Source of the DNA: Octopus vulgaris
Taxonomy: Eukaryota
Length of the DNA: 64,000 nucleotides
Reading direction: 5' to 3'
Assembly (NCBI GenBank): GCA_951406725.2
Contig: OX597815.1
Span: 15,996,001-16,060,000 of the forward strand
How positions within the stretch are numbered: the stretch's first letter is position 1; every line of letters begins with the position of its first letter. Positions 14,701 to 28,964 of this stretch are shown here, piece after piece. Under the pieces are notes generated by a model. The model was given only the letters and a program-made list of their open reading frames with translations. It made no database searches and was not told the DNA's origin. The translations under genes were made by a program, and so were the position numbers.

Positions 14701-15667
14701 TCTCTTCCCTCACACAACTCAACTACATTATGTGGTGTTGAGTTAGCTGATTTGCAGCATTTAAGTCTTTACCAATTCTGAATGTTTCATCTGTTGTTGT
14801 ACCCCTTACATTTATTTGTTAAAGTGTGTGTGTGTGGTGTGTATGTATGTATGTATGTATATATATATATACAAGGAATTAAGTAAACCAGTATCTTCCT
14901 CTTTGCCCCCAAATTACTTCAGATTGGGTTTTGTTTTGTTTTTTTTCTGTTTATTTAATCTTGTTATCACTGGGATATGTACCTTGTATTGGTATTACAG
15001 CTACAGTGCTTGCATGGACACACTTTCTCTCTTTCACATTGGGTTGTACCGTTTGGGGGCTTTCTCTCTGATTCATTTCTGTTTAATGTATGTTTATAGT
15101 AATAAGTCATTATGATAGATGTTAAGGGTGCTATATACTGTAATTTACACCTGAAGGAATTCAAAATAATTTGACTGTCAGGCTTTACAATGTCTGCCTA
15201 TGCAATGCCATCAGTTTGTTTGTATCCATATTGCTTTCTTTGAATTTTGAGAAGGAAGTGCCATTCCAGTGTCAACTTCTTTTATGCAGAAATTCTTGTA
15301 GAACAGTATTTTCTTCGTGTTTTTTGTTAAAAGAATTTTTTTTTAAATTTCAAATGACTTGATTTGATAATGTCAACTCCCCCATAACTGTTCAGAGATG
15401 TCAAAATCAATGCTGTCACTTAAATTCAATATACTCTAGGTATTCATATTCTGATCTATTTCATTTGCCACATGGACAGTGGTTCTGTATATAGGAAGTG
15501 TGATCGATGGAAAAACTATTTTCTTTGAAGTACTCTCTTCGCCCTTACTATATTTTTTAACAGCTCTCTATATAATTCCAGATGTATAATTTTGAGCTGA
15601 GGACAGACATCTCAAACTTCTCCTCATAGAGACATCATCATCATGGGTTAGCAGTCTCAGTAAAAGT

Positions 15668-15915
15668 AGTGGCTTAGTGGTCAGGGTAGCGTTTCTTTCG
15701 GACTCCTTGTAAGATTGTGGTTTCAATTGCTGGTTCAGGTGACACATTTTCTTGAGCAGAACATTTCACGTTGTTCCAGTCCACTCAACTAGCAAAGATG
15801 AGTAATCCTGAAACGGATCAGTATCCTGTCCACGTGGGGAATATATATGCGTCATGAAACTAGGGAAACCAGCCCTTATGAGTTGGTATGACCTGAGAAG
15901 GTAACTTTACCGTAC
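15668..15915 (+). mobile_element. tRNA-derived SINE (diverged)
   Basis: A-box-like gtggcttagtggtcaggg and B-box-like ggtttcaattgc, followed by cttgagca...gttccagtccactcaact and a short tandem tail. Confidence 0.55.
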
Positions 15916-18900
15916 CTTTTTAGTTTCCATGAAAGATACTTCATATACCCAACACAGGTACACTGTATCACCAAAGATTGGCAATTTGACAATTTACAAC
16001 TTTTAGATAATAAATGTCATTAAAAAATGTTTGACTCTTTTTACCATTAGATCTGCACTTACCTGCCTAGAAGGTGTTGTTATAGGCTATGCAAAACTTT
16101 ACTCCATGTTTACTTGTTCTGTCAAAAATGTAACTTTAAGATTATTTATTGTGTAGTTTCTTAATAATACGTTATTAGCATGCTTATAGCTGCTTAAGGT
16201 GTAATAGTTGGCCAGACAACCATGCCCCATAATTCCAGATCTGCACCTTGATGCAATGATTAATTTTATGTGGGCTGATCTGGTGTGTTTTATCTCTCCC
16301 TACTTTCCAAACATGGTATCTGTTGCTCATCTCCACTTTTTTTTATGTTATATGTGTTGTTTGAGCTGAGGGTATGAGTACATGGTGTCAGGAAGATTAG
16401 CTAAAAAGTACCTCAGATTTATCTGCTCATAGGAGCCTCCTATAAAATTTTTATTTTTCAGACCATAGCAGCTATTCTCTGTTGTATCTAAATCATCGTG
16501 TATCTTCAGAGCTAGAAATGATTTGATACCTGATAAGTTGCTAATCTTTTACAAAGCTCGAGATATCCATACATGTACTACTTCCAATTCAATAAACTTC
16601 TTGATTACTCGTAATACGCAGAGGATTGCAGATTTTACAGATGTTGCCATTTTGCTATTCTTTTATTGCAACGCTTTACTGCTAGCCTTGGTCACCTACT
16701 TTGGTACTCAATATTCAGAAATTTTGAAAATTTCCATCAATATATTTGAAATAGATATACACCTAGTATATCTAAAATGGGCAACAAGTAAGCTTGCCAT
16801 GATATGATTTCCAGAGTCATTGAACTGGTCTGTTGTTAAAGGTGTAAGGAGAGCAGCCCTTATGAAAAGCTACTATTATGTCAGATTTTGAAGAACATGA
16901 CTTTGGTAGGGGGAATTCTATACAATACTAGAAAAGTGCTAGTGTTGAGAAACCTGTTGGATGACTTAATTCAAATTACTGTAGAATTGAGTATTGGCTG
17001 TGCCAATGGTACAGCATTTGTCAGTGCCTTATCATTGGCGAAATGGAATTCATTGATTTTCATAAAATTAAATTATAGCAATCTACTACCTATAACATCA
17101 ATTGTAAGAGTAGTGTTTATTCTGCTCGTTTCAAACATGAAAGTTATGCCAACTGAAACAGCTGCATTAAAACATCTCTAGAAGTAGCTTACATTTTAAG
17201 GGTGAAGTCTATTATATATTAAGAAGAGTGAATTTCTTTAACTAGTCTGCTCCGTTAATCATGTCAACCGTATACAAGGGGTGGGGCCTTTGTTTTATGT
17301 ACTGATGTTTTTTACACAGGTAAAATGAAATGATATCTTTGTTTAGTTTCTAAGGATTGGTTTTGTGTTCTACACTAGGACTATTCTTGATATATTTTTT
17401 TTTCCTTTTCACAACTTTTCACACAAGGTTTTGTGATTAAAGGCCCTTTTACAAGAAGCTTTTATTGTTTTTCTTTCTTGTACAGCAATTGTTATTGATT
17501 GATAGATTTATTGGGGTGAATCCAACGAAATATTTATTTGGAGGACATTTAACAAGATGTAGGATTTGTAGCATTCAAAAAAACATCTTAAAATGGCTGT
17601 GTCACCATCCTTTGTGAGCCTTGTTTTTTATGGAGCTCAACCAACTTGTTTTTGTCACAACTTCCCATGAGTGAATTGTAAATATAGATGTGCTGCATTG
17701 GACTGATAGTTTCATATATAACGTAGATTTTTTTGTTTTTTCTACAATGCCACTTTAGACATAAGTGTTTCGGCTCTTTGTTTACTTTATTTTTTTCTTT
17801 TCTTTCACTTGATAGTGTTTTCAGTTTCTCACAGCTATTCCCACTGCACTTGTATTGGGCATTCAGGAGTTGGTATACTACAAACAAGGGTACAGGTTTT
17901 ATCATCAAATAGGCATCTGACCACGTTATTTCTCACTAAATCTTATATTTTAGTGTATGATGCAACATTGAGAATCTGTCCTGTTGCTCCTACATGTAGC
18001 ATAATAGATTTTGTTCTTCGTTTAGTTAGTAAAAACTGCTTAATGATCAAGTAGTACATAAATAAGAAATTAAGTTATTCCTTGTTTAATACAATCTAAA
18101 TTTGAAGCAAGCTGTTTATCATTGATGCACCTTCTATTTATTTTCCAGTGTTTGTTTTGCTCTTGTCATTAGGTAACATGTTTAAGTGTCTGGATAGCAG
18201 GGAAATAACCAATTTATAACCTAAAGTTCAGGTGTGAAAGTCCTTCATTCTATATACAGTCAGTTCAGTCAATGCTTTGATTTCATCTAATGATATCTGT
18301 GCTATATAAAAGCATCCAGTTTACTCTGAAGTAGTTGGCATTAGGTAGGGAATGCAGCCAAACAGATAATAGAGCCTGGTGCAGCCCTCTGCTGTCAAAC
18401 CCTTCAATCCATACCATCATGAAGGACAGATATTAAATGATGAATGAGTGTTAAAGTTTTCAACAATTCAGTTTTTGTTCAGAATTACAATTTGTTTCAC
18501 AAATTCTCTCAAATTATGTTAGAGAAATAAACCCAAAAAGTCAGTGGCTGTACTTTGTTAATTTTGCATTAGTACTGAAAATATATTTTTCCAGTCTGCA
18601 ACACCACCTCCTTTGGGATAAATTCTTAGCATTTTCTACAATAAAACTTTACCAAGGCAGTGTGGGTCATCTGCTGGATATTATCATTCATCTTCTATCA
18701 GAATCTTATGAATCTTGCAGGACCATATTAGTGGTAAACTCTCAATACCTTGTTCCTTTGGCTTTAAATGTGTTCAGCTGCAGAAGAATGACAAAAAAAA
18801 TACTAAAAACAACACAAAATGCTGGTAGACAAGCATAGGAATCCTTTCTCTGCATCAACAAACTGTCCTTATACTTTTGATTGGCATATCTGTTTCGTTT

Positions 18901-21900
18901 GGTCTGATTTTTGCATGAGGTTAGCTAATAGGATAACAGGAATGTGGTAAAAGAAGATTGAGGTTGACTGGAGCATAGTCAGATTAACTGCTTTTATAGA
19001 TAATAGTATTTAATCCCCTGAAAATACCTATAAGTTAGTGTACAGAAGATTTACAAAGCTTTCAATTTTGAAGCTAAAGAAATATGTTCTGATAAATAAC
19101 GGAATTTAGAATTTATGATGGGTTAGAGGTGTTTCCTTCTATCATTGAAATGCAACTGATAACCAACATAAGATGGCATTGCTAGACATTGTAAAAAATA
19201 TAAATATCTAGATTGATAATACCATTTGAATGAAGATGATTGGTTTTTCTCTTTGTGCATGTGTCAGTAGGATGGTAATACGGTATTAATGAGAACATTC
19301 TGAGATAACGTGAGTGGAATGAGTAACAAAGTGAGGCAAATAAATTCATATCTTCACAGGGAGTCCTTAGATATTCAAATTGTAAAAATTTGAAAAGATG
19401 TAATGCAGATTGAAATACAATTAAGTGTATTCTCAATAATGACGTATGTGTGATGTTGTCTCACTTGTAGGATGTTTTATTGACGTTTCAATGTAGAGAA
19501 GTGTGATTGATAGTTGGAGAGGAGAGTGATGTGTAAAGTTAGGCAGCTTTGTCATGTTCCAGATTCTATAGCTTTAGGGGGTTATAGAGGTACACAGTAA
19601 TATCTTGATTGCTGATGAAAGACAACAGGGTTTACTGAATGATTATGGTAGCTGTTTGGTTGGAAATTCAAAATGTGTTGAATAATTGTTTCCATCACTT
19701 TAAAGTGGTGCAGTTGGGAAGGTTGCCATATTCAATTGCATATTTCTATATTTCATGGTAAGTATGACAAGGCAATCAGTGTCTTGAGTATTTGACTTTA
19801 TTCAACAGTTGGTGAGTTGGGTAAAATAGTATCCACTTGGTCAATGTTGGTACACCTCAGCATTACATAACTTGCAATACACAACATGAATATATGGATG
19901 TTCTCAGATTTGTTACTCTGAAATTGTGGTCACTTGTAGAAATCTTGCTGTTATATGAGCATCTTAAATTTCAAAAGGTGTAATATAAAAAAATATGCAA
20001 TCCAACAAAGGAGTATTAATGTGTACACATAGGCTTTTGCAGAAGCAGCATTTAAAGGTAATATGTCCATTCAAGATGTCGAAAGTTTATTATATTGTCT
20101 GATAGCTAAGAGGTCAGATATTCAGTTGAAGTGAAAGGCAGTTGTAAACTATTCCCAATTGCAACAAAATTCATGGGTTTTAGTTTCCTTCATTGAATAC
20201 TGCCTGCAACTTCATATCTACTGAGCAGTTATCTATGCTTTCATCTTGGTCTAAAATAGCTGAACATATTAAACCTATCTTTGACACATTGGATACTGTA
20301 ATACACGGTGCATTTTTACTTTAGTAAAGATAAAATTGTCATAAATGTGCTAATTAGCTTCCTACAACGAATTGATGCACAAACATATCTCAGAAGGTCT
20401 TGACTTACAATATACAGTAGTCAGATTATTAAAAATTGCTACATCTCAAAATCTGTAAACTCAGATTTTGCCAAAATATGCAACCCGAGATGGAGTACAC
20501 ATTTAAAATGTACCATTCATCTCTGCCAGTGCGTAAATTACTTGTAATCCTGAACTAAGCACAGGCCTGTCCAACATATTTTTAATTGAGTGCTCAATCA
20601 TTCTTCACTACTGTTGCAGATCATGATAAACAATGTTAAAAATCAGTCTCAATGAAGTGTAAAGATAACAATTGCAGACACACTAGTGGTGACAAACTTA
20701 TATTGATTGCAAATTTTGATACAAGGCCAACAATTTCAGGGGTGGGAGAAAAATCAATTGCATTCGCCCCAGTGCTCAACTGGTACTCACTTTCTTGACC
20801 CCTAAAGGATGACAGCCTTAATTATATAATTGATGAGATTACAATGATGAACCTGCCCATGAGCTTCGTCAACATTGTTGAGACACACCCATGTACATTT
20901 CAAGATACCTGAAATGACCCAAATAAATTTTCACATGCTTACCAAGATCTTTGTTCATTGATTGCTAATTTTCTTCAATAGACAATTAGCATCTGTTATC
21001 CTCAAAATGGATAATCATTCAATTCTCAGTTGATACACGAAGTTCTTTTTTCTTTTTCTGCTGTTGCATATATTGCAATTGTAATAGGTATTTGAGATGA
21101 GAAACAGTTTGGCCTCATTTTAGAAAGGCCTTCCTCTTTGCACCATAGTGGTTGAGTTAGAATTCAATGGTTTTGAGTATTAGAGAATTTGGACTGGGAG
21201 ATATTAATTCAATGCCATTTAAGTGTGATTGTTGTCAATTCTGAACAGGAGTTACTGTTCAATACAGCGATGTAAACTTCACAGGACATTTGAACTGAAC
21301 AATGCCTATTAAATAATTTTCTTCAGCTTTCTCCCAAAGGCATTTGTGTTGGGATGAATAAGATGTGTGTCACATGGTAGCACTGTCATTCTATCAACTT
21401 CAGTAGATGAAGGCATATCTTATGCTTTTTCTACGTATAGGTTGCAGAGGTGACTGGAATATAAATTGAGATCTGGAGCAGAAAATCAATATCTTAAATA
21501 TGTGAAAGTGATATAGCATAAAAATCACTTTTATAATGTATCCTAATGATCTTTATATCATGTCAAACATCATTTTTTTTTTACTGGCTTTAGTCAATAG
21601 CAGGCATGCTAGAAGTTTAGTTGATATCAATCTCACTTCCATCTGAATTGTCAAAACACTAAACTGCTCAGGGCAATAGGGAGATGGAATTGTTAGTGCC
21701 TTGGGCTGTTCACTATGATCATGTAGGTATGGTGAAAGACAATAAAAAAATCAAGTTTTCTTCCATGTCAAGCTTGTCATCTAGGTGACAGCAAGATAAG
21801 TGTATTTCAATAGTCAGATCCAGAAACTGTCTAGGGTAGTAACTCTAAATAAGCAATGAAGTCAGGCAAGTCTAAACCCTGCCATGGGCAGGTGGAATAG

Positions 21901-22194
21901 AACTCAATGAAATCTACAAGTGGAGTATATGTATGCAACATAGATGTGCATTTAGCTTATTTGCAGCTGCCACAATCTGGAGAAAGAATTTTGCATTGTG
22001 GTAGTAATTCTAGTACCTATGAACTAAAGAGAATTGGCTGCAATGAGCCAAGTTTCGCAATTTTTTTGTGCTTCTGCAGGTAATCTTGTGTGCAAAACCA
22101 CTTCACAAATCATTTATTATCCATATTAACCTTTAAAACAGCTCAGAAGTTAGGTTCATGAAAAAAAATTTTTAATGTATAATCTAGTTAAAGT

Positions 22195-22200
22195 TTTATT
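22195..22200 (-). promoter_or_regulatory. Candidate PRDX4 polyadenylation signal AATAAA
   Basis: tttatt on + (AATAAA on -) about 130 nt after the stop, followed on - by ATTAAA and a U-rich tract. Confidence 0.5.
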
Positions 22201-22330
22201 GAGCTGAATGCTTAGTTTATAACTGGAGCAATAGAGTGGTACACGTGAAAATGACAGAATCAGAAAGATATGATTTTTTTTTTCTTAATGGTTAAGAATA
22301 AACTATAAAAATAATAGATTCAGTAAAAAT

Positions 22331-22393
22331 TTATTTATTAGACTTGTTGGTTTTTTCAAAATACTTCAGCTTATCAGTTGGGTCTGGGATAAT
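22331..22393 (-). CDS. PRDX4: Peroxiredoxin-4, exon 6 (last)
   Basis: Acceptor ttcttgttttgcag, phase 0. Reads IIPDPTDKLKYFEKTNKSNK then TAA, including the YF motif of typical 2-Cys Prx. Confidence 0.92.
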   Translation of the reverse strand: MIPDPTDKLKYFEKTNKSNK

Positions 22394-23762
22394 CTGCAAA
22401 ACAAGAATATAGAGATTTGTCAGATCATAAATTAAGGAGGTACAAGCACTTACACACACACACACACACCCATGAACACTGGAACTTCCTCCTACTAAAT
22501 TCACTCACAGGCCTGAGGTGCCATGCAATCGGACAAACCAGTTATTCTATTTTTACACACAGCTTTTCATGGATTATATGCATTTAAAGTGATTTTAGTA
22601 TCCACTTTCCTACATCTGTGTAGGTAAATAAGACTTATTAACTTGGATTTTCTACAACTTGATGCCCTTCATGTTGCCAAGCAAGGTAATATTTTCCCAT
22701 AGCTAAACATTTTTCACAGATTGGAGATCGATAATGCTTATTAGGACATGGACACATCATTTAATGTCCATCTTCCATGCTGACAGATTAGATAATTTGA
22801 CAAGCCAGAGAAAGAACTGCTTTTCTGAGGCTGGATGCCTTTCCCAGTTGGCAACCCATATGCTTTTTTTTTATTCATGGCAGTGGCAGAATCACCTAGT
22901 AATTGACGAGATTAGTTTTTTTCCATTGAGGGGAGGTAATGAAGCACCTATGATAGAACAGGTGTGAAGTCATTTTGAGGAAAGGTATGATGGATAGTAC
23001 AAAAGGAGCAATGGAATAGTGGCATAGATGAGTGTTGCAAAGATTTTAGAGGGGTTGGCATGGCTGTGTGGTAAGATGTTTACTTTCCAACCACTGCATG
23101 GCACTTAGAGCCAGTGTTTTCTGTGATCTTTGGCCAGCCAAAGCCTGTTCCCCATCACCACTTGGCAACCTGTGTTAGCATGTTTACGTCCTCTTAGCTT
23201 AGCAATTTGGCAAAAGAAACAGGAGTGCCAGGTTATAATTAAGTACTGGGGTTGATGATTCATTCACTAAAAATTCTTCCCAGTGGTACCTCAGCATGGT
23301 TAGTCTAATGTCTAAAACATGAATAAGGTATACAGAGAATCCTTAGATTAAAATTGTTCACCAATCAGACCAGTGTTTTCAGTAATCAACTGGTCTGATA
23401 GATGCTATGGATATATTTTAACACAATTAAGATATGCATGGATGAACTAGAATTTCTGTACAACACACATTGATTTTTATGACTTTCAAAAGGACACTGC
23501 AAAGCCGTTGTCCCTTATCTTCTGGCACCTGGCCAGTCTTAGCTGCTGATGATGATGTATTTTAAATTGACTGAAAGAATATCCTGAATTTTTTTTGCTT
23601 ACATCAATTAATGCCATGAAACTGGATGAGAAATTTGACACTGCAATAAACTTCCTTCAATGTGGTAAGTAGTTTAAGTCACAGAATAAGGGATTCCTAA
23701 CTATCAATCCTAAAAAAATAGAACTTTTGTTTCTACATATTTCAACGTGCCACTTTTAATAA

Positions 23763-24755
23763 TATTGGGTCATTTTCAATTGCATGAGCTAAAAGAGGTG
23801 AATAGGTTAAACTACCTGCATCAACTTGCTATATAAAAAAAAAAGCAGGTAGTAATTTTACCTTGTCCTTATTCTTAGTGCAAGTTTTGAAAAGTTCAAT
23901 CTTTTACAGTTGTTTTTTCAAAGCTATGGTAAAAGTGGCAAGGTATATTTTGCTTTATGAGTTCAATAAAGGCAGCAATGCCTTTATTGTAGCAAATAGG
24001 GATTGGGCAATAAGCCAATGTCAATGGTGGTTTCAGAATCATGTCACAGCCTGAAACATCTGTAGACCTCAACAAGGACATCCTGGTGGAACAAAATCTC
24101 ATTGTAACTGTTGAGAAGCTTGGGTTTGGTTATTCAACCATTCATTGACACTTGCATGCCATTAGAAAAGCCAGCAAATTGGGTCAATGGGTTCCTGAAA
24201 CTTTCTAGGTCTACTATGGGAAGAGAATGAGTCATGTCTCAATAGTGACTGGTGACAAGAAATGGATCCTCCATAAAAATATCAAGACACTGGGTAGGGA
24301 AAGGAGAAGCACTAGCATCCCAGGCTCTTCACCCTGAAGGTGTTCTCTGTTAGGTGGGATATGAAGGTTTTGTCCATTTTGAACTTCTAAACCAAATGAT
24401 AACAAAGATGAAAGGTGTTCTTCCATCAGGATAATGCTTGACCACATACAGCCAGGAGTCATTCCAAAGGCTGGAGCAGTTTGGGAAATGATGCCCCCAT
24501 TTCCACGGTTTTCAAAACCATATTGAACACAAAAAGTATTAATTCTGTAGATGAGGTTAGAACAGTACTGGAGGAGTATTTTTCATCACAGTCAAGTGAA
24601 TTTGAAAGAGGGACCTTGCAAGTATACCAGATAGATGGAAGAGCATTGTAGAAAATGAAGGAGGGTATATTTTAGATTTAAAAAAGAACTTTATCTCAAT
24701 TTTGAAAAATAAAAGAAGTATAAAAAAACTGCATTAGTTACGGGATGACCCAATA
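23763..24755 (+). mobile_element. Decayed mariner (Tc1/mariner) transposon in PRDX4 intron 5
   Basis: The ends TA-ttgggtcat and atgacccaa-TA are inverted. Translation fragments RYILLYEFNKG...SQCQWWFQ, KLGQWVP and IVTGDKKWI match mariner transposase motifs (WVPHEL, IVTGDEKW). Confidence 0.8.
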
Positions 24756-25134
24756 CTTTAAAGTGATTTACAAAGCTTATGTGAAAACAACCCAATGAAA
24801 TCTATACCAAACACCCGTTTGCCTTTTTTTATATGTGGAATATGTTCAAGCCTTTTAAAGGACAATATCTTATATTAGTGAAGACCACAAGCACAGGCCC
24901 AACTGTTATAGTGACTACTAAAGACAGATCCAATTGTTACAATCACTACAAATGATAAGTTGATTATCTAACCTGAAGGAGCAAATCGATGGCTATTATA
25001 TCAGGCATTTAAAATACTAAATATAAGAGTTCCATATACCACTATAGTTATAGGTTTGTCAACTTCACTAGGATACTTAATTCTGTTTGCATAAGATTGC
25101 AATAACAACTTGTGTGAGGAAGAAAATGTCTTAC

Positions 25135-25300
25135 CGTATCACCACCAGGCTTCCAACCCGCTGGACACACTTCTCCATGGCTATCTGTGTACTGGAAGGC
25201 TTGCACCAGACGTAGTGTTTCATCAACAGATCGGCCAACTGGCAGATCATTCATTGTGATCTGACGCAGAATTCCCTTGGAGTCAATGATAAACAGACCA
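25135..25300 (-). CDS. PRDX4: Peroxiredoxin-4, exon 5 (resolving Cys)
   Basis: Bounded by ttcttcttccag and ACG|gtaaga. Reads [55 protein letters not shown]; 166 nt, phases consistent. Confidence 0.96.
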
Positions 25301-25384
25301 CTGGAAGAAGAAATATTAAGAGCAAATCACCAACAGATTCGTTTTAGTCAAATGTCGAATGTTTGTAAGAAAGACTTCACCTAC

Positions 25385-25507
25385 CGTAGACTATGGCCAA
25401 GATTCTGAAGGAATACACCATGAGATTTGGAGATTTCATGTGTGAGGTCAGAGAGAAGTGGAATATTCAGTGGTCCTAAACCCCCTTTGGTTCGTGGTGT
25501 ATTGATC
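25385..25507 (-). CDS. PRDX4: Peroxiredoxin-4, exon 4
   Basis: Bounded by ttaattgcag and CG|gtaggt. Reads (W)INTPRTKGGLGPLNIPLLSDLTHEISKSHGVFLQNLGHSL(R), with the GGLG motif; 123 nt. Confidence 0.95.
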
Positions 25508-27099
25508 CTGCAATTAAACATTTTACTAGAGTTTATAGTAATGTCTTAATTATAGTTTGAGATGGATAAGGTTGGGGCTGTTGATATAAAGTTAAATGTA
25601 AATGTTCATAAAACTAGCAGAATAGGTTGGTCAGTAACAGGGAAATATGATTTTCAATCTGGCTCTGAAGAGGATGATTACAATGGGTAGGAGATGACAA
25701 AATCCTGAAGTCTTGCATTCATCCTGTGCTTGCAGTAGTGTTTAGTTGAGGTGCTGGTTGAATTTCAAGTGTCCAAAATGCATTATCTAAGCTTCCTTCA
25801 CTAAAAACTCAAGTAGTTTGTACAATGGAAGCCATCTAACATCATAAATTCACTAAATTATTAAAATGAAATAAAGTATAGAAAAATAGCCTATAATCAT
25901 CTTCATTCAATGTCCATTCATGTTAGTATGGATTGATAGGTGCTGGCAAGTCAAAAGACTGCACCTATCTCTACTGTCTACAGCTGGATGCCCTTCTTTT
26001 TTTTACATGGTACTAGCTGCAGTGAGATCACCAACTAACTTGCAAGACAAGACCCCTCAACTGAAGGACAGAAATATTGAGGGGGGTGGCTTTGTGCCAA
26101 GTGATGAGAGGTTAGGGACAGAAATAGGTGTCTTGCAATAGAGATACAAGGCTCCCTCAGCTGGAGAAAAAGAGAATATGGTGAACATGTGAGCTGGGGT
26201 ACACTGAACTTACAATGAAGTGTATATAAGTGGAGTGGAGAGAATATAGCAGCAGGCACAAGTAGAGGGGATGTTAGGAGGAAGAGATTTGACGGACACA
26301 TTTTTGTGCAGGTAGGTTAGAGAAGGGAGAGAATACAAGTTATGGGGGAGAAGTTTGTCAGGGACAGATTGTATACAGAGGCATAGACAATGTGCTTTTA
26401 TGGCCTCAATTTTTTTTAGCTGGACAGGGCTTCTCAAGGACCAATTATCTTAGCCCTTTGTCATCTCCTCTGTGAAACTCAACATCTGAAGATCATTTTT
26501 CACCACTTCATCCCAGGTCTTGCTCTTCCACATTTAGAGATCAGCGCTAGTCCTTATGTATCACATGACTACATTAGATGTTCAGTCTTCTTGCACACTA
26601 CACTTTGTCATACATCATCATTTAATATCTGTTTTCTAGGGAGTGGACAATTTGATAAGAGCTGCATCAGACTCCATTTTCTGTTACGGCATGACTTCTA
26701 TAGCTGGATGCACTTCCCAATGTGAACCACTTTAGTGTACTGTGCTTTTTATGTGGTACCAGCACCAACAGGTCACCATGTGCCTTACAAAACATGAACC
26801 TCTCAACTGGGAGTGAGGGTGGTTTTGAGCCAGCTGAAAGATTAAAGGTATAGAAGGACAGAAATGGGTATCTTGCTGTAAAGTAGATACAAGGATACCT
26901 CTGTTGGGAAAGAAAGAATTAGAGAGCGATGATGGCAAACATGCCTTTGAGGGATATTGGGGGTGGTGAGAATAGGTGAGGTCATACAGAGGTTTGAACT
27001 GGGTGAGCATAGCCACCACCTGAGGTTATAGTATTTTCCAGTAGCAACAGCTAACTACTTATTATAGATATTTTTTCCAATCAATATTAGATAACTTAC

Positions 27100-27216
27100 C
27101 ATGCTAAGTGGGTGAAATGAGAGTCAACAGAGCAGGCAACCACAGCAGTATTTATAGCTTTAAATTCTCCAATTCTGTCACTGAAAGCAATTATTTCTGT
27201 TGGACATACAAATGTA
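27100..27216 (-). CDS. PRDX4: Peroxiredoxin-4, exon 3 (peroxidatic Cys)
   Basis: Bounded by ttttctgtttcag and TG|gtaagt. Reads (F)[38 protein letters not shown](W); 117 nt. Confidence 0.96.
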
Positions 27217-27464
27217 CTGAAACAGAAAACGAGAAATAATTCATTATTCAGAAAAGAGCAGGATGGTACGACAACAGGTGTCAATACAATAAAACACAGT
27301 AGGATAGTATGACAGCAGTTGTCATCACAATTAAACAACAGATTAATGAGACGACCATTGTCAGCACAATAGATTAAATCAGAAGTATGAGTAGAGTATT
27401 AACTTCCCCATTTCTGATCATAAATAACAAAAAGAAAATATATTAAAGATGAACCAGAACTTAC

Positions 27465-27582
27465 AAGTCAAGTGGATAAAAGAAGAACACAAGATATTTG
27501 CCTTGAAAACTTTTGAGGCTGATCTCTTCAAACTTTCCTTTAATCACAGCAGTACCGTTCCAATCAGGGGCTGGTTTAGAAA
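27465..27582 (-). CDS. PRDX4: Peroxiredoxin-4, exon 2
   Basis: Bounded by tttcttttatag and TT|gtaagt. Reads (I)SKPAPDWNGTAVIKGKFEEISLKSFQGKYLVFFFYPLD(F); 118 nt with a phase-1 acceptor. Confidence 0.96.
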
Positions 27583-28063
27583 CTATAAAAGAAATGACAC
27601 TTAATTAGAAAGGCAATTAACCCTTGCAGTACAACGATAGACTAGAGAGTGGATTTCGGCTATGCACCAAGGCATTTTAGGTTGAATGCCAGAGAGACAA
27701 CCAAGTCGTGTTCAGAAACTGGAACATATATGGCTTAAGTTTAAGTGAGGAGGGCTTACACAGTTAAGACTTTGGAGATAGAAGGACAAAGAAAAAGAAA
27801 TTACAAGAAAGTTCATCCGTGGGAGATGGTGATAATGGTAATGCTGATGATGATCATCATCATTATGTTGAAGAAGTTGTTGCTCCTATTCAAGAAAGTC
27901 ATTTAAAAGAATTATCATTTTTATTAACACAATTTTCTACAGTACTAAGGTGAGACACTTTTCTCCTGACAGCATGTCAGTCTTCCAAGGCAGCTACAAG
28001 CTAACATATATGTCACTACTATTATATACCTTCTCATAATACCTATTTACAAAACAGGGTGCA

Positions 28064-28281
28064 TTAACCCTTTCGTTACCAACCCGGCTCTGGTTCTGAG
28101 TACAAATGTCTTGTTTTCATAAGTATTGAATTAAAATCTTCCACGAAACCTTAGTCACAATTTATGTACCTAACACTAGCTGAATGATAACTAAGTTATT
28201 TTACTAAATTCTTTGTTATATTTAAAATAATTGAAAGAAATACAGAGCATCTCAACAGAAATACAGTAATGAAAGAGTTAA
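28064..28281. mobile_element. TTAA-flanked MITE (piggyBac-like ends)
   Basis: Ends TTAA-ccctttcgttac and gtaatgaaagag-TTAA; a closely similar copy lies at 59120-59348. Confidence 0.8.
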
Positions 28282-28729
28282 GCTTCTTTAAAGTGTCTTT
28301 GTCAGTGATATAATGCAGCGTCTTTCAGCTAGGTAAGTATTGTAAGAACTCACCAACCTGTATGACCCAAGAGTAACCATACTGCCCTCGGGCTCCACAC
28401 ACGATGGACTAGTTAGTAGTAATAAAACTGTAAATTACATCATTCAGTAATTTCTACAAATGAAAAACATGTAGTGTGCAAGCATTAACAAGGGACTGTA
28501 TGCAGTATAGATGGCCATTCAGACAGTCAGAATTGATAAATTACAAGAACCTAAATCAAGGTAAAAGAATTCACCTGGTAATTAACTTATGTCACTCAAT
28601 GAACTACATATTCAACCTGTATACATTAGAGTAGTGCAATATATGAGATAGGTGAACAAATACATGAGAGCAGATATTGATCTATATTGCCAAGTGTCTG
28701 TTCGGTAAAACAATCAAACATTGTTCGTT

Positions 28730-28890
28730 AGTCATTTAACGTCCGCTTTCCATGCTAGCATGGGTTGGACGAATGACTGAGGGCTGGCGAACCAGATGGC
28801 TGCACCAGGCTTCGATCTTGATCTGGCAGAGTTTCTACGGCTGGATGTCTTTCCTAATGCCAACCACTCCGAGAGTGTAGTTGGTGCTTC
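28730..28890 (-). mobile_element. RTE 3'-end fragment
   Basis: catttaacgtccgctttccatgctagcatgggttggac matches the reverse complement of the 3' end of the RTE at 48787-50885. Confidence 0.8.
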
Positions 28891-28964
28891 AGCAGTTAAA
28901 TTTCACCTACTATCTTAAAAAAAGAGGAAAGACACGTAGAATATTTATAACTGAAATACCTATA

